This document shows positions 26,001 through 37,251 of a DNA stretch of 64,000 nucleotides, piece by piece. Position 1 is the stretch's first letter, and each line of letters opens with the position of its first letter. The position numbers were made by a program, and so were the translations under genes. Below the pieces are notes generated by a model. It ran no database searches, was not told the origin of the DNA, and saw only the letters and a list, made by a program, of their open reading frames with translations. The stretch lies in contig BDGG01000002.1 of assembly GCA_001949185.1 (NCBI GenBank), forward strand, positions 1,919,826 through 1,983,825, in the 5' to 3' direction. The DNA is from Ramazzottius varieornatus (Eukaryota > Animalia > Tardigrada).

Positions 26001-26700
26001 GAGGGGCGACGTTTTTGGAAGCGGAAGGAGCGAACTTCGGCCCACAAACGAAAGCCAAAAACTCCCCCATTTCCGACTTCGAAACCCTTTCTGCATCGTT
26101 CATCTGCCTTCGAGCTTGTGTCAGCTTCTCCTTAAAGCTCATCGGGGAATCGAGCAATGTCTTGACCGGCGTTTCTTCGTCGTCGGACCTGAAAACAAAT
26201 TACAAGAATAAACGGAAGTCCGGCAAACGAAAGGCGCAAGATGACCATCTGAAGTGGCGCGCGTTGGCAGCCAGTAACAATGGAAGCATGCGCTACTTGG
26301 ACAGACACGACAAGATCGACCTTCCCACAGGCACAAAAGCTCCCAGAAATAACAATGGAAAAGTGCGCCACTTGAACAAACGATCATGTGGGCGGCTTTA
26401 ACGGGCTAAATGAGATGAATAATTTTCTAGTTATTTCAATGTTGAAACTCTCTCAACAAAAAAGCCGTTGCCGTGAAAGGATATCTGGCAACAAGAAAAG
26501 TGAAGGAAATCAAAATGACGGACGTACAAATCAGGGGTTCGAAGTTCGCAGTCAAAGACTTCATCTTGCAGCCGCTGCGCTTCCTGATTCTCGTTTTGCG
26601 GAGGAGAAAAAATGGACGGTTCCATGGGGAGTAGCGACTGCCGGCTTTCTCGCTGGACACTGGCAGGTGAGCTACTCGGCAATGTATTCTCGTCTGCAAG
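23004..26700 (-). CDS. Unknown multi-exon Ser/Pro/Lys-rich, probably disordered protein; 5' end unresolved
   Basis: Co-oriented ORF pieces (26431-26718, 25801-26157, 24411-24821, 23279-23668) bounded by GT/AG; many S/T-P sites; last exon MLKSDDASSSGVSPDSGFGNS...LLEF-stop. Confidence 0.5.
23773..23904. mobile_element. 132-bp hAT-type MITE
   Basis: 32-bp TIRs CAGGGCCGTC....CCTGTAT...ATGTATCA; exact 8-bp TSD TACGTGAC (23765-23772, 23905-23912). Confidence 0.9.
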
Positions 26701-29700
26701 CAAAGTCAAGTTGAGCACACAGGCAGGATCGGGTTTTTCAACGATTGCACAATTGAACTGCTATATTATTCATGCCATTCTGACAGACAGTTCAACTCTT
26801 GAGGTCTGCCTTCCAAGAGTCGTACTTGTTTGACCAACCGCCGTAATCTGTCACAGCTCAAACTTCAACGTCTCAGCTGGAGTGCGACAGTAATAGCCCT
26901 CATCAAGATGGGAAATAAGCCGCGCACAACCGAGAACCCAATCAAAACCCAATCCAATCAACGTGTTCCACAATGGTAAGAGATCTGATGTCACGCCTCC
27001 TCAATCGGCGCATGGCGTCGACACAAACCACGATGCCATAAATCCGACTGCGCACGTGACTTTTAACGACACATCACGCTAAAAACATCACGTGACCGAA
27101 CGTTATTTTCGAAGGCGGCCAAAATCTGAATTTGGTTCAAAATTTCAAAAAGACATCTTCCAAAGAACGAACGAAGTTCCAATTGCTCTCGATGGATTAC
27201 CTGCCTAACAGATAATCCTATAAACACCGCGTACCCCACAGTGCAAAGAGAAGACGTCAACCGTAAACGGCACCGCTTGCCCGATTACGACAACACAATC
27301 GCCTGATTGTTAACGAAGCCGTTTACGTATGGAGATTCGTTAAAGCTTACCTTGATACGCCGTCGTGAATCCTTCAACCGTGCCGGCTGTCAGGTTCGCT
27401 GTGCGCTGAATCGGAGTAGAAGGAATCTCCGCTTCCAGGTTGATCAAGTTGGCAAAAGTAATCGTTGAACGTCGCCGACCTGTCCAAAGAAAGCGAAGAC
27501 CTTCGTATCCCATTCATCCGAGTTCACCAAATCAACAATCAATGAACGAAACTGTCATTCTGATAATACACTCTAATCAAGTCGGCCAATCCTTCTCGGT
27601 TTTCATCACCCAGTCATTTTTCGACAGTGAATAAGGACTCCAAAAATGTACAGTGTGGTATGTAAACCAAAAACTGCCGGTGTGTAACTAACAGATAAAG
27701 TAGGCACTTGGTCATGGTTGTGTGCGTTTATAGCGCAAAGTTGACAGTGAAACGACCCACCTGCTGTACCACTCCGCAGCATCGCCATGCTGACTACCTT
27801 CCTCCTCCGTAGCTTGAAGGCCTTGAACGTCCTTCAGAAGCTTTTGCCAGAGTTCAGTCTGCAACAGCAGTTAGAAAACAACTGGCGATACGCTCGATGA
27901 ACAACGGTGACGTGCTATGAAAAATACTTCAAATTCTTACGTATGGAAAAGCACGTCCTCCACTCAAAATTCTCCGATGCCCGAATCACTAATCTTAATC
28001 CCCTTCTTCTCAAAATTCAGCTTACCTAGGTAAACAAAGGAACCAGTAAACCACGTCACCAAAACGGGCACACAGTCCAGACAAATGAAGTCAGAGGCGA
28101 TTGGTAAATATAGACCATTACATCGACTTGCTAGAGCAGCTAGACAGCATATCTTACCTACACGTTCCCATCTCATGGTCTTTCCTTTTCAAATACCCAT
28201 TACATATGTCAAGATCGTCAGCTTGGGACTGCTCCTGGCTTCCACAGAACAGGAATGTAAACCGGATACGGTCGCGACTCACGAGAAAACCAAGAAACAT
28301 TTGAAGAAGTTCCAAAATTCGAAGGCAAACTGCCGTCTGCCGCCAGAATGGAAGCTGCACTGCTGCAGGCTTGAGCTTGCCCTGCCGCAAACAAATTCGG
28401 GCGGTTTTGCGGATGACGTCACCTGATCGTTGTCCTGATTACCGAGATCTTTATTCTTTGATTCTTTTTCATCTTTTTCAGTTTTTCCCCCTCGTTTTTC
28501 GTCAGTTCAGTTTCTTCCAGGTCATTTTCCTTTTCGCTAACGGAGTACTGTCTCTGGATCCGGGATTATCGCTGTGCATCTTTACTGTACATCAGCCTCG
28601 ACGGTTGTAGGAAACGACAAGACTACGCGGATTTGTGATCAAGGCTTTTGCCTTCTTGCGTTCTGAGTTCTGACAGGTGAGTCGCGTGGTGTACCGTCAC
28701 TACCGTGTATATCAGACTAACTTCTTTTCCTGCTAGGAACGCATTTGTAATCGATCGTTTTTATAGGGGATATCGCGGACAGCATCGAAGACGAGCGAGC
28801 TCGCGGCGACATGAATGTTCGCTCCCTTCGGACCCCTAGACAGCTGACCCACATTTTCCAGTCTTCCTCTCAGAATGTACCATCTGCTTACTGGAATATT
28901 GGTCCTACAGGTACGCTTTGTCTCCGCTCGGAACGACTGTTGTTTCTTCTCCTGAGAAGATTCTTTTTGAAGAACAGAATACGGCAGACCTGTGAGCGAA
29001 TTTAGGGTGTGTGACACCGACCTGAAGGTTCTGGGCGACCGGAAGTGTAGCTAGTCTGGGGTACCTGGCACGGCCCTGTCCGCGCGTAGACCTGGGTAAT
29101 AAGCATAAGCTTATTACATTCACTTATAGTATTGCGGTATTTTCCGCTGCAGGCACACCGTCGGTCCTTGGAGAAGAAGTCTCGTCATCACAGTTCCATA
29201 ATACCGCCAGCCGACTTGCACCTTCTCCCGAAGACAGAAGGTTCAACTCGAGCAGACCTTTCAACGTTTCCTGGACCTACTTCCGGGACAGTTTATCCTT
29301 TTTCGCAGGTTGGACGGTGATCGCGCTGGGCTTCGCGTTGTCCATCCACGCTTCGAGGTCCATGATGCACGATCATGCTATGAGCGTTGTCGAGCGTGAC
29401 AATCTCCCAGTTCCACCAGATCAGCTGCTAGATGAAGCTTGATAAACTATACGATCAAACTCTAAATAGTTTGCATACCGCCGTGCTTTGTGCACTTTGT
29501 GGAGTTTCCTGGTTCTTTAGTCGTGTCGAACGCTTTCCGATCTTATCTGATTCCTTTCTGTGCAGACAGCCTTTCCGGTCTTATCGTCTTTGATTGTTGT
29601 TGTTTTCCTTTCTCACATGCTTCCTGCATATGACGTATTCGAACTGTAAAATGCAAATTCGTGCAATCAGATTTTTTGCTCGCACCGACAGAGAATATCG

Positions 29701-29768
29701 TCGCGAGTAAAGAGCTCTCTGAAGTTTGAACCTTCCTTGCGTCCACATCTACTACAGCCTCTGTCAAG

Positions 29769-29775
29769 TATAAAA
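29769..29775 (+). promoter_or_regulatory. Candidate TATA box of the insulin-like peptide gene
   Basis: TATAAAA about 105 bp upstream of the ATG at 29881. Confidence 0.4.
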
Positions 29776-29880
29776 GCCTTCGTTCTCAGAAAATAATAAT
29801 TGTATTGATTTCCTCGGTGTCCTTGCCAGCTGAACTTGTCTACTAGCCAAAGTGTTCGTTCCCTAACTTGACGGCGCAAA

Positions 29881-30522
29881 ATGGCCCACCAACTTAGGAT
29901 GTTTGTACTTCCGACTCTTGTCGCGTTTTGTGTGGGAGTTTTTCTCCTCGAGACTGCAGGCGCAGGCCCGGTCGCGCCCGTTCCGGTGAAGAACACCGGT
30001 GTCTCCAAAAGTATGGTCGTCATCTTCCCAATCCGCAAGGATAATGTCTTCGACTGTGGCGCGGAACTTCTCCGTCAGATCAACCAGTACTGCATCGTCA
30101 ACTTCGACATGAGAGGCATCGACATGAACATCCCAAGCGGAAACGTCCAGCAGCTGGGCCCTGATGGAAAGCCCGCTCCTATACTGAGTGAGTTGCGAAC
30201 TGCACACCCTTTCCAGGTTTTACGGTCGACGCTTCCTTTCGAAGCTGATCCTCTGTCCATAGTCTTCACCTGTTTTCTCCTTGCAGGTCCGTTCACGGAG
30301 CACCTGTTGACGGAAGCCTCGAAGAAGCGCATCCTGGTCAAGTGCTGCCACATGGGTTGCACTCACAACGACGTAAGTATTATCCAGTCATACTGCGTGC
30401 TGCGTGGCTTCCGGGTCCTTCTAGACCTTCCGCCCAAAATCCGAAATCAGAACGTCCTAAGATTAACACCGCTTGGGGATTTTTTTCTTCAGATGTCCAG
30501 CGTTTGTCCGTCTAAGCGTTAG
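29881..30522 (+). CDS. Insulin-like peptide precursor; exons 29881-30187, 30287-30372, 30493-30522
   Basis: Signal peptide; B chain CGAELLRQINQYC (C-x11-C); KKR site; spliced A chain CCHMGCTHNDMSSVC (CC-x3-C-x8-C). Confidence 0.93.
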   Translation: MAHQLRMFVLPTLVAFCVGVFLLETAGAGPVAPVPVKNTGVSKSMVVIFPIRKDNVFDCGAELLRQINQYCIVNFDMRGIDMNIPSGNVQQLGPDGKPAPILSELRTAHPFQVLRSTLPFEADPLSIVFTCFLLAGPFTEHLLTEASKKRILVKCCHMGCTHNDVSIIQSYCVLRGFRVLLDLPPKIRNQNVLRLTPLGDFFLQMSSVCPSKR

Positions 30523-30950
30523 CACCAGTTGAGGTTCGAGTACCTTTCTTTGGGCTTCGAGGTCCTGTCCGAAAGAAAGGATCCGGAACCGACAGCCTTC
30601 TCCGGAAAGGTTTTTCGCTTGCTTTCAATAACGATCTGTCTGTTTCGCATATTCCTGTGCTTACTTTGTCTGTACAATGTGTTCTCTAAATTCCTCATAT
30701 CTTGAGACGTGTTGATTCTTCGCCTTTGTGTTCACTGTATATGTTTCGGTGAAGTCCGCCAGCCGGAAGTCCCGAGCTGAGCTTCGGCAATCATCAAGCG
30801 TCGAGCACTGCTGCTCTTTTCCAGCTTAAGTCACATACATAAAATAAGTAAAACCATAAACAGATGACACTACGCAGCTACTGTACGAAAACATCTTTTC
30901 CTTCTTCGCGCAAAATGTCAGCGCAATAATCGATAAAGGATCCAAAACGA

Positions 30951-32659
30951 TTATGAAACACTGGTTAGTCGCACAGGGACTTTGCGCTTTGGCCCGTCAA
31001 GCAGTCCTATGGACCTTATCACCTAGACAGAAAACACGAAAACACACTGTTAGCCAATCACGAGACAATCGGCGGACCACTCGTCGCACCACTGTTGCCG
31101 AAAAGTCTTTGCTTTGCCTGTTCATAGACGGTCCAGCTGGTGGCCGTCATCAGTGTCCGCCGTGCTATCCTCGGAAAAAGACCGGCAAAGTATCCTCTCA
31201 TGCCGTTCCGTGCCCAGATACTTCGCGCACTCGTCAGCAGACGTCTCTGGCGAGGGTCCGAAGTCAGTTGGATCTGGGTCTTGATGACATCGAAAGGGTG
31301 AGTGACAATGGAAGCCAGGAGACCCGCAGCCAGTCCGGCGGAAAAGTGCGTTACTGGCGTCCAGTTTGACTCTGGAAGGTCTAAAAAGAAAACAGTACGG
31401 TGTACAGTTCACACAATACACTGGGCAGAAAGCGGGAAGACTTACGGGATTTTATCCTGCTTTTCAACATCTCGTAAAACATCAAATAAATTCCGGAAAA
31501 GGGAGCGTCGCGTAAAAGGGTGGGGATAATTCCACTGTATAGCGCTGAAAAGTATAGAACCGCATGAGATCATCCCGGGATAAAATCAAGTCACCTAGAC
31601 AATCTCATTCGACAAGACGGTTTTCCCATGTGGCGCACCCCTTCAGTCAGTAACTTTGACAGCGCGCGCCACTGTGAAAGTCTTCTTGTCCAGTCTACCG
31701 AGTCTGCCGAGCTCCAAAATCACGCAGTTGGCAACACAATGGCAACTTCGTAGACAAACTTACAGCGAAAACCTTCCGTCATGACGGTCGATTTAAAGGC
31801 GCCAAAGACTGAAGAATACTGGAATAAACCGCTCTGAAAAAGACAGGCAAATTTAATGTAGCGCCTGGGAAATCTGAAAATACGCCGAAGTACCCGCTCG
31901 AGAAGTTTCTCTGATATGCACTGCAATTTTGCATCTGTTTACTCAAAGATTATCTACCTCATAACGAGCCTTAATGACGGTGAAGGGAAGGACGGAGAGA
32001 GAGGCCATGACGCGACTGGCCACTCCAATGAGCATCGTTTCCGTCGACGTCCGACCTGGTCTGAAAAACAGAGGAATGCTCCAGAAAACTACGTAAGAAC
32101 TTTCGAACCATCACGGAACATACCCGGCCATTTCCTGCATGATATGTATCGATGTGAAGTAGATCCCCACACCCGGAACAGTGCGGAACAAAGAAGGCAC
32201 CGTGCCGCGCCACAGTCCGAAGATATTCTCCTGCCGAAGAATTTGTGTGACGATGGGGATCACCTTGAACGACGTAATAGCGCTCTGTGGAACTCTGCAA
32301 ACATCCGCCTCGTCACAACGTGATATGGAAAGCAGAAGGAATCGACGAGGCACGGCTTACCCAGCCACAAGTTGAGACTGTATTCTGGTCTTGACCAGAT
32401 CAAGCGGCTGAAAGAGGAACGTCGAGCAAACTCCGGTTAATGTCCCCGCCAGGAAGGAGCGGACGGCCATGCTGCCCAGGACTGTCGGGATGACTGTTTC
32501 TCGCAATGTCTGCAAGTACAGGTACAACGACACATTCATGTTCTAAAACTGCGAGACGGAAGACACGAAATATTGCGACGAGTCACGAGAATGATGATTC
32601 TGCTTAAATACCGGTTTGGCGTCCACCACTACGATGGTCTCTGTTCTGCTAGCCGACAT
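30951..32659 (-). CDS. SLC25A38: Mitochondrial glycine carrier (SLC25A38/Hem25 family)
   Basis: Three carrier repeats: [37 protein letters not shown]; also [57 protein letters not shown]. Confidence 0.92.
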
Positions 32660-33098
32660 CCTGTTTCGTCCCCTAACTCGAAAAAACCATAATCGTACGA
32701 CAAAGCATTCGGAGAACAGATTTGCAAACTGCAATGGCTGCAAACGAAGAGAAAGGAGTACGGCAAAGGATGAGAATAAGAAAGAAGAAAATCAAAATGA
32801 ATCGAGTAAAAGTAAAAAACAGCTGATTGACTCTTGGTTTTGATAACACCATAACTTTATTGGGTACAAGACTGCTCAGACGGACTGTGCAACAGGAAGT
32901 TCCCGGAGTGCTGTCCACTGACCATTGTTCTTAGTCTGTCCATCGAAACTTCGATATTTCAGGGCAGAAAGTTTACTATATCCAGCCACCTGCTGAGACC
33001 CAAATACACCGCTTTACGTCTCTGGACATAAGAACGTGAATGAAGAAAAAGCCGAAAGAATGTTTTGAATTTGAACTGCACACTGGAACATGGTTTTG

Positions 33099-34662
33099 TT
33101 AGGCTATTCTTGGCACAGCTTCCTCGTTTTCTTCTTCGGAGGCCTCCCCTTCCTCTTTGGCGATGTTCTCAACCTCTACAACGTCTTCCGCCGCTTCGGC
33201 GCTGCCACTCGACAGTTCTGGTGTAAGGGCAGGCGTTTCAACGGCACCCTCGGCCATCTCCACATCCATCACTAAGTCAGCTTCCGGTTCGGCGGGCTCA
33301 ACAGGTACTATGACCATCGCTGCTGGCTCTAGTTCAGGAAGCTCGCGCGAAGCGTGGAAGGCCCTCAACAAAGGTCCACTCATCTCGCCCAGGTTCTTGT
33401 CCAAGTCGGCGGAAGGGGTGCCGAGCTTCTCCGATAGTACGCTGAGATGCTTGCGAGCGTCGTCCACATCGCGGTTCACAGCCGCCATCACGTCCCTTCT
33501 TTTCCGTACCTAAATAATTCGTCGGGTCAGTTAGGCTGACAACAGCTGTAAGTTTGGTAGACACACTCGACAAAATGGTGTTTTCAAGTGGCGCATGCTT
33601 TCACTATCACCGACTGCAAGCGTAAGCCGCTTGGAGAAAATGTCGCTGGCCTGTTTTCCCAAGTGTTTGGCGCACGTTCTCGAAGTTACTGGCCGAAACT
33701 GCGCCAGTTGGGAAAAAGATCCGGTCAGATTTGTCTTTCCAGTACCGAATTAACATCAGCTATCATGTATAAGCGCTTAAGGCCTATGGTCAGTATGTTA
33801 CATCCACGTATGAAGAGAGACGAATGCCTCGCTATAAAATAAACTTACGTCGTCCTGTAAGACTCGCTTCTTCTTCGTCAAGCTCTCGATCTCGCTCATG
33901 ACCCGTTTTCGTCTTTCGTGTTCGTACTCGATCTGAGCCAGGAATGTGCGATGATGTTGTTCGGTGGTAGAGTACCTGTGCATGTCTAGAAAGATTTCTG
34001 GTCTGGATTTGATCAGCTCCTCCAGCGGTACAAGGTTCAAGTCGTTGAAGACGGTGTAGTCCTTGGCTACCACTTGCTGTGCGGCTACTTTGGCCTGCTC
34101 CAGCTCAGTCTTCAACCGCTCCAAGTCGGCATACTCGGGAGACGGTGTAGAGATGGCTACCTGATGTTCTTCTTGAATGGTTCGGTAACGGACAGCCAGA
34201 ACACGGGCAGTCTGCCGGTAGAAGGCCAGAGCTGTCATCAACTTGGTGCCAATACAGCTGACCTGACAACGTAATGCATAGTAATACGCCGTAACATACC
34301 GCGACACTACATACGCAACGGCACGTGCCATCCCATCTATCACAGGGCATCCACGTGATCCTTCGCGTCAGTTCATCGGATCAAAGCAAGCTTACCCGTT
34401 TCTGGAAGTCGGCTAAGTTGCTGCCTGCCGCGTTATTGTGCGCCATCATCAGTACGTTGAGGTAGCCTATGATAGTACGAATTTCTTTCCTGGCTTTAAA
34501 GAGGTCGCTTTCGAAGGTAGGCTCAGGAATTTCAAGCAGCTTGTCCTTCGGGCTGCTACTGGTGTTGGCCGTCTCGTTGCTCGTATCGCTGTCCGCTTCG
34601 GGCTGTGAAGATGGAATAACGTCCACAGGGGGCAGCGGAGCATTTTCTGCCACAGTCTCCAT
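33099..34662 (-). CDS. THO complex subunit 5-like protein (N-terminal FmiP/Thoc5 helical domain only, acidic tail)
   Basis: DLNLVPLEELIKSRPE...HHRTFLAQIEYEHERRKRVMSEIESL resembles the THOC5 segment IDLVSLEEFYKEAP...HQQTLARLDWELEQRKRL (recalled from memory); three coding exons. Confidence 0.7.
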
Positions 34663-35068
34663 CCTCCGTACAACCAGTAAAATCTGACCTGCAAACAAAA
34701 CAACACCACGCTCAGAAGCAATTCGGAAGGCGACAAGAAATCGCGAAAGAAACAATCGTATTGAACCATGGCAGTCAACGGAGTATTCATTCAGAGAGTC
34801 TCTCTGATTCAATCAATCGAACCTGTCGGTCAACTGCCTGATAATACAGAACCCGAGCATGAATACGATGTCATGTGAAGTCATGTTATGCAAAGGTGAG
34901 AGTTTTATGTCAGGTCATATCACTCATATGGTCGATATGGAATCATGGATTACGGAATTCAGAGTCCACGTTCCTGCATTTGTCGCGCAGTTTCTTCCAT
35001 AGTCGCCAGCTTGGATCCGAACGACTGGGTGGCTCAGAGCGGATAGAAGCATCGGGTATATCGAAAGC

Positions 35069-37118
35069 ATGGACATGGACATCCCGAGCATGACCGAGCC
35101 AACAGTTGCCACGCCGTTCCAACTGCTGTCCTTGACCGAGAAGATGCCCAGCATCGATGTAGACGCTGCTTCACCATCGTCCATCACCTGCGTCCAGACT
35201 CTCACCGCCGTTCTTCCAGCCGAAGCCGTTGCGGTACATCCGCCCCTTACAGTTGCTCAACTGACACGCATGGAACTGATGGAGGTACATCCAAGAGACG
35301 TTGATCTGAACACAGTGGACTATTCACCCCCTCAACCAGCGCAAAGTTTCCCGACGGGTGGTGCTGAACCCACCTTTTCCGGTCTGTCTTTCAGTGAAGC
35401 TGGTCACGCTTCGGTATTACTCCGATACCTTGACATCTTTTCTCTGGTCTATGTCTTGTTTTTCCACCTGTTGTTCTTGTTTTCAGGTTCTACCGAGTCT
35501 GTCTGAGTGCTTTAGGTCAGCAACAGCGTCACTCTTGCGGGAAATCGAATGCGGCGACGACCTAGCCATTCCAGGTCCTTCAGGCGCGTCGGTGTGTCCG
35601 GCACAGCCTTCTTCGGTTGGCGGTTTCTCGTTACCGCCCATCATGATCGACCGTCCTTCGTCCTTCCACCGGTCCATCTCCTCGCCACTGTCCACTTCCG
35701 CCCCAGCCTATTTCGAAGATAACGTCCCGTCCATGTCGAGCAGTGTCAGCGAGACTGTTCGAGTGGCTCTAACTGAACGAAAGGAGGAGAATGCCAGGAA
35801 GCGAAAGAAGTTGGTATTGAGCACCAACGTTAAGTTCCCCGAAGCTACTCTACCAGCTATCCGTCCACGTTTCCAGTGGTATCAGGCTAAGGGAGTGATT
35901 CGTGTCCACTTGCTGATCCGGAACGTCCTACCTACAAATTTCAGGTATGATTTTGAAATTTATTTGAAGTTTCAATTCTAACCAATTTTTTTAGCTTCGA
36001 ATGCAACGGTCGCGATTTGGAGTTTCGCGTCAAGGCCGACAACTGTCCATACCCACCGACCCGTCCCCAGAATCCTCCTCGTCCATTAATCGATTACCAT
36101 CTTCCGCTTCGGTTGACGCATCGCGTTTACGTCGAGCCCGAATTCAGTCGAATTTCGCCTTCGCGCGTCGAGATTCATTTCAAGAAAGTCAAGCCCTTCG
36201 TCGAATGGGCTGCCTTGTGGAAAATTCCCTCGGTCGGTGGAGAGAAGCCCGAGAAGAATCCGATGGATGAGACGTCAGAAGAAGCAGACTCTGGTGAGGA
36301 TTCCGAAGAGGAAGAAAACAGTCCGATCAGACCGTCCAAAAGGTTCGTTAACGGTCCATCAGTGCCTGTTGGTGAGCCAGCTGGTGCACCGAATGTACAA
36401 AGTCATGGCGAGCCAAATGGCACACGTGACGTTGTGGTAGAAAGCCCAACTGTAGACCAGGAAATGGTTCCGCTGATGGAGTCATTGCTCGCTCAAGTGG
36501 AGAACCAGACTAAAGAAAGTACTTCGGTTCGAGAAGGGACTTTTGGAGTTCCAGTTGAGCCGTCTATGGTGCCAGAGCCGTTCAAAGATTGCGTGGAGGA
36601 TAGCGGTGGGAATAATGAGGTCTCCAGGCAGGTTGAAATCAATCCTTACGAGTTTATATAAAAAATTTCATGTGCGACTGTGTCCATCGCTTCGTCGTTC
36701 TTCTCAGACAAACAAGGAGGGTGAACATCAAACCTGAAGGTTCATGCTTAATTTTTGCAGTTTATAACGTGTCTTTTTTATTTGCTGTCGGCAGATTTTC
36801 CCCACTGGATATTCTGAATATGGTCTTCATATGCGCAGCTCATTCTGTTGTGTGTTTTCTCGCCTGTTTTCGGCACGCCTGAGTTTTTCTCTTCCGTATA
36901 TCTTACTGTTGCTCGTTCCGTCCTCTCCCGCCAACTACAGGGCTTTTCACGTTCCAAACAACAGTTACAAAAATCTGTATAAAGTCACAAAAAAGCCGAA
37001 TTTCGTCGAAAGTAATATTGTCGGAAATCAAAGATTTGGGAGCAACGAAGATATGAAAGGCACAAGTCTGAAAGATAAAAAACCGTCGAGGAAGACACCG
37101 TATGACAAAAGCTACTAA
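35069..37118 (+). CDS. CS-domain (p23/SGT1-like HSP20-fold) protein with long disordered flanks; 3' exons uncertain
   Basis: PRFQWYQAKGVIRVHLLIRNV...YHLPLRLTHRV...SRISPSRVEIHFKKVKPFVEWAAL is a typical CS signature; introns 35414-35486 and 35945-35994 keep the frame. Confidence 0.72.
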
Positions 37119-37251
37119 AATTCTCGTAAAAATTCGATCAGTTTTTTCTTTGAGCGCGGGGATTGAAGCTATTGCTCTCGATAACAAAGACATAAAATAT
37201 CAGAAAGGAAGAAAGTAGAAATTTTCTGAAGTAATGTCGTAATTCCAAAGC

